This document shows positions 53,595 to 64,000 of a DNA stretch of 64,000 bases, piece after piece. The notes beneath the pieces are model-generated. The model made no database searches. It saw only the letters and a program-made list of their open reading frames with translations, and was not told the origin of the DNA. Position numbers and translations under genes: made by a program. Positions within the stretch are counted from its first letter, which is position 1; every line of letters begins with the position of its first letter. The stretch is from Eledone cirrhosa (Eukaryota): the NCBI GenBank assembly GCA_964016885.1, contig OZ024741.1:102238001-102302000 (forward strand). The letters are read 5' to 3'.

Positions 53595-55470
53595 TATATT
53601 GTTATACTTTGGGAGGGTCATGTTGCCAATAAGAAACACACGCACCATTGCTTTCACTCTAATTTATTATAAATTAAATTATAAATTAAAAAATTTATAA
53701 ATTTCCGGTTGGTTGGTTGGTTGGTTGTACAACTGGACGGTTGTTCATATATTGTCAAAGTTCTTTCGTCACACATTCTATGACCTCTTCAGTGACTGGG
53801 GATTCTTTTCTTTGTTTTGTGCCTCTCCTTTGTTTTGTCCTACGCCATCTTGTTTTTCAGTGTGTTGTGTGCTTAGTTTGAGCATGTGTTACATCCGGGT
53901 GTCTGTGTGTGTTTTTATTTGTTTATTTATTTGTTTATTTATATGTTACTGGTTGGTTGTTTGTTCTATGTGTGTTTGTTGTCATTTTGTCCTTAATTGT
54001 AAGTTGTGATGTTGCTATTCCATTCATGTTTTCTATTTAATTTTGGTTGGAGTTCATTTATGTTTATTGCCTTTGTGATTTGTCTAAACATTGCGTCTTT
54101 TCTGTGTGTAGATTTTATTTTTATTTCTATGTTCTTTAATTTGCCCTTATGTTCTATTTTAGCATGTTGGTAGAGTACAGATGATTCTTTACTATCTTGA
54201 AGGTCTCGCCAGTGTTCATTTATCCGTTCCCCTATACTACGAGCTGTCTCACCTATGTACACTATATTCTTATCTTTACATTGTCCTTAAGTACATCTTA
54301 TGCTATATACTATGTTTCTAGTTTTACAGTTAATATGGGAGCTAAGTTTACAGATTATGCATTTCTTATCTATACAGGGAGGTCTTTGAAAAGGGTATGT
54401 ATTACTAATAAATGTTTTTATGGAGGTACCTGGTCTTTCTACTATCTTAATGTTTAGTTTAAATTTATCTAGGGCCCATCTAAATTTGTAAGCTAATTCA
54501 CCTCTAGGGGTTGTATTGATAAACATTACACTCTGGTATTTATTGCTATCAGACCATGAGTTTATTCTATTAACCTTATTCCTAGTTCTTGCTATTCTAT
54601 TCCAATATTTGCTCCTATACAAGGGGCAGGTCCAATTTGTATCATTATTTACCATTTTTTTCCATTTGATTCTGGCTCCTCTATATACTCTGATTTTATC
54701 TCTCTGATTGTAACCAGAGAACTGCATACGGTGGATGAAGTGTTGTCTGTGTATCTCTAGTTCTTTGGGGTTGCACATGCGGGACACCTTTCTCATCACC
54801 CGTACTAAATCCGCAATCATTATGTTAATTTTGGTGCGACCGAAACAGCTGAGTTTCGGTGTATCAGATATTTGGAAGTCATGGGTTTGGAGGATTTGTT
54901 TTTTTGTTATTAATGGTTTCTAACCAGAGCTCTGTGTCTAGTACAGGTAATCGATGGTTGGGGTGTTTGCTTGGGTAGTCTATAGTAACTCTAATACTCT
55001 GGTGGATGGAGTTAGCTATTTGCTGGATGCTTCCATGGTGTTTTTCTCTAATTCCTGACTGTTCTCTAGTGGGGTGTTTTTACTACGATGTTTATATCAT
55101 CAACATAGCGAGAGTACATTATCAGGGTTAAGAGGTTGCTGTCTTCTAATTTTTCTTTAAGTTTATTGTCCCACCATACCATGAATAGGTTACCTATGCC
55201 ACCTGCAATGCTAACACCAATGGCTGCTCCCTTCTCTCGGGCATATGTCTTTCCATTAAATTTGAACATTAAGGGTTAGTTTTATACTGGCCCCCACCGC
55301 ATGTGCAATCATTTTCTTTAGTTAATCATGGTTTTCGGGGGTCCGTATGGCTCTCGTCCACCCGTTCCATCTATCTGTGTGGGTTTTCTTGGCCATTGAG
55401 GTAATGGTAGGTGGTCTGCCTTTTGCTGGCCTTATGGGGCAGAGGTTGCTAAGGCTCAGATTACATTTTA
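53595..55470 (-). mobile_element. Penelope-like element (RT, GIY-YIG, 3' terminal region with hammerhead)
   Basis: GAAIGVSIAG, YSRYVDD, NIVYSIRC and MYIGETARSIGERINEH; broken frames; both ends abut (TA)n. Confidence 0.9.
53754..53796 (-). ncRNA. Minimal hammerhead ribozyme downstream of the PLE ORF
   Basis: gtca-CTGAAGA-g-gtcata/tgtgac-GAAA-gaac-TT-tgac. Confidence 0.75.
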
Positions 55471-55499
55471 TATATATATATATGGAAGACTCAGATTAC

Positions 55500-55593
<94 letters not shown>

Positions 55594-55845
55594 TATATAC
55601 ACACATATATATAGCCACGAACAACTCTTCTCCGATTGCTCTCAAAGACCCTACACATGGATTCTCTTGATAATGAATGCTAAATCCGAAAATATTTGAG
55701 ATCAATAAAATTGGTAATGTAAAATTCTACCGTTCTCACTCAATTCTCAGTCTTATTAAACTATGGAAGCATCTTGTTGAATCAAACAAAGCCGTAAGTA
55801 AAAACTATCCACGACGCAGAGTACTCCCAAGCTCTAACACACACA

Positions 55846-55879
<34 letters not shown>

Positions 55880-55883
<4 letters not shown>

Positions 55884-56850
55884 GGAAAATTTGAACAGGA
55901 ACAAAACAGAGAGGCAGTACAACGAATGTTTATTAATTTCACGCTCTTGAGAGTGGGGTGGTGGTGGGGAATGACGTTTCGGGCATAAGCCCTTCTTCAG
56001 GTGAAAAGTGTGTGGGAAGAGAGTTCAAAGGGTGTGTAGGGGAATGGTGGAGAGACATATAGCGAAAAGGGGGTGGGAGGAAACAGTGCGAATGAAATTA
56101 AAAATAAAAGCATGATCAAAATAAAATTAAAATGGTGGTGGAAGGGTGTGGGGCGTGTAGGGGTGGTGGCGGGTGGAGTGGGGAGAGGGAGATGGGGTGT
56201 CCGAGCGGGGAGGGCTGAAGGTGGTGTGTGTGTGTAGGTGTGCGTATGTGAAAGCAAGGGTTGGGGGAAGAACGGGGTTGCATGTTCAGGAAGAGGTGTG
56301 TGTGGGGTGGGGTGTAGGTCGGAGTGTGTGTGCGTGTGTGGATAGAGGGGTGGGGGGAGAGGAATCCGGAGGCTGAATGTGTAAATATGTGGTGGAACGC
56401 ACGTGTGTGTGGGGTTTAAGCGTGTTGTGGGTGTAGGTGGCGTGTGGGAAAAACATTTTTTTTGGTTGTGTGTGTGGGTGAGTCAAAAAGGTGATTCCGT
56501 AACAAGATGTTGTGAAATGGTTGGTAAAATCCTAGGATGGTAGTTGATTCCACGGTCAAGGTCCACATACGAGTAATCCGTGAAGAGATGGTCGGAAGAG
56601 GGGAGATGTGGGGTGCGCGCGCAACAGGAAGTGGTCAAGGCAGTAGGAGTGCTGTGTGTCTGTGTGTGCTAGGAGGTGGTCAGAGGGCATAGCAGCAGTA
56701 GGGTGGAATGGTAAAGGGGCGAGGATGGGTAGGTGTGAAAGTTGGAGTGAGGAGAGGGGGTGTGTGTATTAGTAGAGGTGTTAGTGGGATGAGTGAGTGT
56801 TTGAGAAAGGGTGTGGGTGGAGCGGGGAGAGAAGGGTGTGGGGGTCGATG
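55880..56850 (-). mobile_element. C-rich Penelope-like 3' fragment with hammerhead core
   Basis: CTGAAGAagggcttatgcccGAAACGTC at 56000-55973 (stem I poor); composition like 48356-49680. Confidence 0.65.
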
Positions 56851-56861
56851 GAGGGAGTGTG

Positions 56862-57045
56862 GTGTACTTTGGGAGTCCCTACATGGACACACTGGAAGAG
56901 GAAGACCAAGGTTAACATATGTTGATGCCCTAAGGACAGACACTGGTCTGTTGGAGACGCAGGACATGGCAGCGATGATGAGGGACAGAGACCGCTGGAG
57001 AGAACTCGTCCATGGATCTCGGGAATTTTACCCGCCTTAGATAGA
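56862..57045 (+). mobile_element. RTE LINE 3' end
   Basis: LWESLHGHTGRGRPRLTYVDAL...MRDRDRWR, followed by a short-repeat tail. Confidence 0.8.
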
Positions 57046-57294
57046 TATATATATATATATATATATTATATACATATGTATATATACATGTGAGAAAAAC
57101 CACAATCCCTCCATCTAAATTCTACTTTTGAAAAGCAGAAGAACTGCGAAACCGGTAAAGGAACCAAATAAATAAATATATATTTTTTTAAAATAAGACT
57201 CCAGTTGTATTTTCGATTTCATATTTTTTCCTTATACTTTCACTCGTGTAGGACACCTCGTTTTTTTTTGATTTTGTAAAAAAACCTCACTTTC

Positions 57295-57412
<118 letters not shown>

Positions 57413-57688
57413 TATATATATATAAACCTACAGTAACTTCACGTTACACTCCCTGGGTATATATATATATGTGTGTGTGTGTGAGTGTACGTATATATGT
57501 ATATAGGTATGTATATATATATATATATTGGCAGCTATTATTGGCTGTGGCCTCTTCAGGCAGTACGAATTAATGTGGAAAAGACAGGTAAACATGTCGA
57601 AATGTGTTCCACTGTGTCAATACATCGATATGTTCAGCTCCTGTGTGTGTTGTTAGTCCTCCGAGGAACTGGAATCATATATATATAA

Positions 57689-57738
<50 letters not shown>

Positions 57739-58052
57739 GGATGCATTGCCAAAGATGCATTGCCAAAGAAATATCGGATAGCAATTCAAATAACTTACAT
57801 AAATTTCGATTATATTGAAATAGCAAGTAAATAAACTTACTTAAGGATGGTAAAATTCCGAGATTTCTTAATTCCATATAGTGTTAATTCATGAGTGCTC
57901 CTAATGAAATAATTAAAAAAATTGTTTTTAAATTTATATTGTTGAGCTGAATTTTAGTGACTATCTGTATCACTTTGATCAACCTATATTTTTGTCAGAC
58001 AACTTGATTAATTACTTCACTTACTAATCAAGATTTTAATACATATATGCAT

Positions 58053-58149
<97 letters not shown>

Positions 58150-58150
<1 letters not shown>

Positions 58151-58735
58151 CCTAGGTTGTATATAGAATCATATCCGAATGTTTATATAAATAAATATCC
58201 TTGCAGCCTTGCTAAAGGAATGATCGTGCCATTGCTATTCTTAGCAACCACGGGAAAGCATCTTGATGGTTCCTTAACCATCATCAGAGCGGCAAATTTC
58301 TCTTCGTTGCTAAGATGAAATAAGCTAAAAGCTTATAGTTTATATGTTTATGAACAGCGGCTGATGAAGCTCATTTGCATACAGAGCAAATACTTGTGGT
58401 CTTAATTAATTAAATTAATGAGACGTAGTGATGCTCTGATATAGCGTGATTGGAACATGACTGGAGTTGTATCGAATCATATACGAAATGTTTATGTAAA
58501 TGAACATTTTTGTAGCCTCACTATGAATTTTAAAAAGCAGTGATCATGTCATATCTATTCTTGGTAGACAAGGGAGAGTAAGCCTATCTGACAATGAACC
58601 AGAAAGTGCAGCATCATGGTGCTCTCCCTTAGTTGCAAAGAATAGAGAGGCTTCATTTACATAAACATTCCATATATGATTCAATATTTAATCCCGGTTA
58701 CGTCTCAATCACGCTCTGTCAGAACATCACTACCA
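58150..58735. repeat. Old direct + inverted repeat complex
   Basis: gaatcatat..gaatgtttat at ~58166 and ~58474; 58425-58503 is inverted at 58652-58733; degenerate CTGATGAagctc..gagc at 58361. Confidence 0.6.
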
Positions 58736-58737
58736 CT

Positions 58738-58769
<32 letters not shown>

Positions 58770-58869
58770 CTCGATTAAACACACACACACATGACCATAT
58801 CAGGATACTCACGTGTCGCTCCCTTGATTAAACAATATCAAATCAAAAATACTTTTCTACTATGCTCCG

Positions 58870-59030
58870 GCGGACGCCATGCTTTCCAGCATAGTTACGT
58901 CCCTTTACGATCTGAGTTCAAATCCTGCCGAGGTTGACTTTGCCTTTCATCCTTACGGGATCGATAAAATAAAGTACCAGTAATGCACTGTTTAATTGCT
59001 GGCCTTGTGCCTAAAGTAGAAACAGTTATT
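58870..59030 (+). mobile_element. Deu/Nin SINE, 5'-truncated
   Basis: Family match. Confidence 0.85.
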
Positions 59031-60672
59031 ACATCTTTTACCATGAATTATCTTCTCCTTATCGAATGGAACACTAGTTATCATTTTACTAATATTAACA
59101 CAACTATTAATGTCATTTGTCAGTATTATTATGAAGTTTTAGCAATGCTAGAAGAATTAAAAGACGGGTTTTCCCATAATGTTTCGTAGTAGTGGTGATT
59201 CAAATCCTTTTCAATTATTTACTTTTCTGGTCAAAATATATCTATCCATTAGATATACTCCAATAACATGCTATATTGTATAGCAATGAACCTCAGTCAG
59301 AGTGTTCTAGTTGTTTGATCAACGAAATGGTCTCTTCGTTAAATTAACCCGAATCCTTCAGATTATAGGTACAGTCCATCTTGTCTCATCATTTAAGTGG
59401 CTGAGTGTTCCACAGACAGGTGTACTCTTAATGCAATTCACAGAGATATTCAGTATGATAAAGTTTGTGACAATGCTGATCCTCTGAATTACAGTTTAAG
59501 GGGCTGAACATGCTACAGAAATGGATACTCTTCACTTAATTTTCAGACAAGGATTCAGCGTAAGAGTGTGTGAGTAGGCTGTTTAATTAATTGCACTTCC
59601 CACCCGACGTGCTTCCAAACAATTTCCTTTTTTCCTATTTCACTCACAAGGCTTGGATTGATCCTTGGCTATGGTAAATAACATTTGCCGAGCTATTTTT
59701 CACTATCTTTTGATTGTAAGGTTAATGCATGTTAGTAATGTCGATATGCATTTTCAGGGAAATTTAAATGCTAAATTAAAAGTCGGCCGTTTGGCAGAAG
59801 CATTAGAACTGACCTGTAACAATCTTATCAGTTTCGGAGGGCCTGCAAAGGTCATAGGCACAAACCCTTCCTCCAGACTTAACACACATGTACACACCAT
59901 ACAATATTCTACACCACCACTACATCAGCAGTCTCGCAGGGCCTGCAAAGGCCATGGACATAGTCCCTTCCTCCAGACATAGCAAATAAAATATCCACAT
60001 TCCCAAGCACACTAGCAGCAGCCACCTACCACAACAACAACAACCACCACCACCACCACCACCACCACCACCACCAACATCACCACCACCACCACCACCA
60101 CAACCACAACCAACACGACCACGATCAGAAGTATTAATGTCACCAATCCCTGAAAGCTTATAAAGGTCATAGGCACAAATCCTTTTTTTCAGACCTAGCA
60201 CACACATGCACACACACACGTACACACACACACACAGAGGCACACACACACACATACACGTACACGCACACACACACACACGCACGCACACGCACGCACA
60301 CGCACGCATACGCACGCACACACACACCGCACCAAACAACACAAAAAAACGTATATTTTTAAATAATAGAGTTTCTTCTATATATCACAAATGGACTGAG
60401 ACTGATTGATTTTCATATTTTTATATTATCATGTGGTGAGAAAAACACATGTTTATTTGTGATTAATTAAGAACTAATTAGAAATGTTTATTCGACTGGA
60501 AAGCGTTCGTTCGCTATATTTTTTCAAACGGATTTCTCTGATAAGCAACAGGAAATATATTGACTTCAATCAGTAATAGTTCCCACCATGCGCTAATAAT
60601 TAGGAGGATGTATATACATATATACAAGAAGGATATATTGTTGTTTAAGTCATTATTATTATTATTATTATT

Positions 60673-61792
60673 GAGGCTGCGACATCTCCAGATATTCTGC
60701 CTAAACGGTGAACAGCTGTTGTCGCCGTTTATGATACGGGCTTTTCCGCAGCTCGTTTCTTTGACTGAGCTGCTGTCCTGGGTCAAGAAGATACCGAGAC
60801 TGGGTGACTGGCACCTGGAATGTTGCCAGGCACTCACTGCCCTCTACCCAGCGGGCAATTCGATCTCGAGTTCTATAGAGGATTAGTGGTGAACAAGTGC
60901 GATGACGCACTCGGAGAAGCTTTGGGCCTCGACGAAGTCGAACTGGCCAGTCTGTACCGGAGGACTTTCGAGCCGGGGACGATGGACAATTTCCAGAAAT
61001 CCCTCGCTTGGCAGTGCTACCGGGGGCACTGCCGGTTCGGGATAAACTCTACAGGCACGGAAGTGCTGTCAGACGGACCTGTCCAAGATGCGCACAGAAC
61101 GACGAAACCGTTCTGCTCGCACTTGTCCAATGTCCGTGCATTACTGACTTGTGGAGTTATGTCGAACAGCTACTGTCGCGTGTGGAACGAATCCGGCTAT
61201 CAGCCGAGTCCATAGTGAAGATCGAACCGCCGCCTTCCTTAGGTCAGGAAGAGCAGGAAATTTTCCTCTGTCTGGTGGCCGTTGCGAAAGAGGTTGTATG
61301 GTGGACCAGATTAAAAGGACTGAAGACAGACACTTTTCTCTTAGGCCAATCCCTCATAAACTTCTACAAGTTTCACCTGGAAAGGAAGGTAAGGGTGGAG
61401 AGAGAAGTGCTGCCCCCCCAGTACATTTGCTAAAAGGTGGATGAATGTGGTGAGAATGGCTCGTGTGAATGGGCCTACTCTGACCATGCGCCTATAGGCT
61501 AGCCAACTTGAAGAGAGCGGTGCTCTCCCTGGGTGCCCTAGAAGCGCAGGGTGGTTCAGGATTGGTGGGATACCTGAGTCACCCCAGGGTCGTCCACCCT
61601 CTATCGGGGAATTTATTTTGTTATATTTATGCATAGTTTATTTTATATTTTATATCTTCATTGTTAAATTAGTCTTGCCATTGTGCACCTTTACTCGACC
61701 TTATTGTAAACCCCACTGTCCCTGTCTTTGTATTGTCCCCTACATGGCGGCCCTTGTGGCTAATAAATGAAATTATTATTATTATTATTATT
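60673..61792 (+). mobile_element. 5'-truncated L1/Tx1-like LINE (zf-RVT region, 3' UTR, (TTA)n tail)
   Basis: LPVRDKLYRHG...CPRCAQNDETVLLALVQC; aataaa followed by (tta)n; (tta)n also lies at the 5' flank. Confidence 0.8.
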
Positions 61793-64000
61793 GGCGACCT
61801 ACGTAGGAAATCGTATTATCGTGAGCTCCGCAAAGGTTTGTTGTTTTCAGTTGTTTCAAATTACCATTTATGGTAAATATTTGTTGTTAAGTGTTTATAA
61901 GTTCACATATATTGTTTTCTGAAAAGGACACTCAAAAAGATTTGGGCCTTGAGCCCAAAATTTAAATCTTTCACCGATTTAAACTTTTCACCAAGCTGAC
62001 AGCCTTCCTCACAAACTAACACCTCACACCAATACCACCATTGTAAATATTATTACGTTTGCCAACACTAAAAATATAAGCAGTAGCAATAATTTAAAGT
62101 TGTCTCATGCAGACATTCATTTCCCGCCATTACCAAAAACTGCAGGTGTTAAAGCAGCCACCCCACCAACACCACAGCGACAACAGAAACAAAAGAAAGA
62201 AAAAAATTATTATCTCGTGACATCGAAATGAATTCACACAGAATCGACTCTTCCACACCGAACACCACTGACGCCACCACCACAACAACTGAAACTAAAA
62301 ATAACAATAACAAAAATAACAATAACAACAACAGCAACAACAACAATGAGAATAACAACAAAGACATCAACACCACCGCAAATGTGTCGTTTGCTAAAGC
62401 AGCCAAGAAATGCGAAACAATCGAGGTAACTCAGGATGTATTAAATGAAGCCAAGAGAATAGTAAAGAAAGATGGGTACAGGGTCAGTCCCCCCCACCTA
62501 ATAAAATGGAGCATCGGGGCCTATGCACCGTGTCTTATCGGACGATTGACACAAAATCGCGCCGAGTGGAACGGGCATCCGAGTCCCAAATACAAAAAGC
62601 TTTGGGACATGTGTGGGCGGAACAAACCCACATCAGACATGGGCAGAAATATGGAACCGTGGACCTGTTCTTTGGAACACCACAGGAGGCCAGAGAGCAC
62701 TCCATGGCCCCATTAAGAAGCAACGACTTCACACTCGTCCCAAGCTATTGTGGCCAGAGACTCGAGAAGATCAGGGTGACCCACGTTCCACCGGCCATCG
62801 AAATTCCCTGGCTAATGGCTGCCGTCCTCGCCGGCATCGAGGCCAACACCAAAATAATTGAAATATCAAAAGAAAAGCAGGAGAACTGGTCCGGATCTGG
62901 GATGGAGCTCCTGATCCAAGCGGACCAAAAAAGCATTGAGGAAATCCCAGAGGTAATAGATCTCACTGACGGCAACCACCTCACCGTAATCGTCGCGGGT
63001 AGAAGGCCTAGGTGTGTCGTTTGTGGTGAAGGAACCCACCTAAAGACTTTCTGCCCTCAGGCTAAAAATTTCAGGCCACCTCTCTTACCCACCCCAGTGA
63101 CTCAACCATCAACACCACCAGCAACAGCAATGGCAGCAACAACTATAACAGCAACAACAGAAGCAACGGTAGCAGCAACTACCTCAGCAACTGTAGCAGC
63201 AACAGTAGCAAAAGCAACACCACCACCACCTGTCACGCCAGAATTAGCACCAACGCCTCCACCATCCACCACACCACAACCAACGCCTGTGGAGGATTTT
63301 CCACTCCCCGAACTATCGCAACTGGAGACAGATTGTGACGACAAGGAGTGGGAAACTGTATCAGGAAAAAAGAAAAAAAGAAAAAGAAGCCAAAAAAGAA
63401 AAAAATCCTCTTCCTTCCCCCTCCAAAAACAAAATACAGAGGGAAACAAATAAATTATCAAACAAAAAAGTTATGACAGCTATGCCACCATCCACACCAG
63501 CATCAACAACCCCATCACCACCAACACCAACACCATCACCATCATCAACCCCAACACCACCATCACTAACACCACAAAAGTCACCAAAAAGCAAAACAGA
63601 AACAAACCCACAAAAAACGCAAACAAAACAAAACAACCCAAACGATACACACTACACAGCATTAAATTTGAACAACAACCAATTATTACACTACATCCAA
63701 CACAACACCAGCATCACAGAAAAAGACTACACAACAACCCAAAAGTTCACACAACCTCCACACATACAAATCACTCGCATCACACAGAAAACGTACACGA
63801 CACTAAAACAAAAATTCCCAAAGACATCGGAGACCTCCGACAAGCACTCTCCAGGAGGATTTATAAGGACATCCTTCCGGAGGAGGCCACAAGCAATGAA
63901 AAGGATGGAGAAACCATCCTTCCTCTAAGAGAAGTAAGGTAAGTGGTCTTTCCCATCTTTTCCACTCCATTTCAACATGACCTCATTCAGAATAGGCAGC
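61793..64000 (+). mobile_element. 5' part of a two-ORF LINE (L1/Tx1-like), running off the window end
   Basis: 5' UTR, gag-like ORF1 with CCHC knuckle, and a probable ORF2 start MTSFRIGS at 63977. Confidence 0.65.
62228..63928 (+). pseudogene. LINE ORF1-like protein (CVVCGEGTHLKTFC zinc knuckle), split over three overlapping frames
   Basis: ORFs 62228-62716, 62506-63453 and 63335-63928 overlap at a C7 run (62489-62495) and at A runs (~63366-63405); SFAKAAKK motif; Pro/Thr-rich and basic tracts. Confidence 0.6.

Noticed and set aside
61792-61800. TGGCGACC at the 5' end of both this element and the Dong element (PBS-like)
   Set aside because: No LTRs, and an 8-nt match is too short to support a claim.

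Overview
AT-rich, microsatellite-dense eukaryotic intergenic or intronic DNA. The SINE and repeat complement suggests a cephalopod (octopus-like) genome; this is an inference. No host gene could be confidently identified, and most short ORFs in the track are translations of (TA)n, (CA)n, (TATG)n or (GA)n tracts. The window is a mosaic of mobile DNA: an intact single-ORF R4/Dong-type RLE LINE (15165-18674, minus) sitting in (TATG)n, several Penelope-like element (PLE) fragments, L1/Tx1, CR1, CRE and RTE fragments, a full-length defective Tc1 transposon, a non-autonomous Helitron and many tRNA-derived Deu/Nin-domain SINEs. The most striking feature is an unusual density of self-cleaving ribozyme motifs. 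A near-identical 537-bp non-coding tandem array (26705-28527) carries a full-size type I hammerhead in every complete unit, which is the layout of a retrozyme or circular-RNA retroelement. A second 420-440-bp family carries minimal hammerheads in tandem and inverted copies, several other PLE-type hammerhead variants occur, and a candidate HDV-like fold sits at the 5' end of RTE-derived non-autonomous elements. All folds were derived by eye and need computational and biochemical confirmation.
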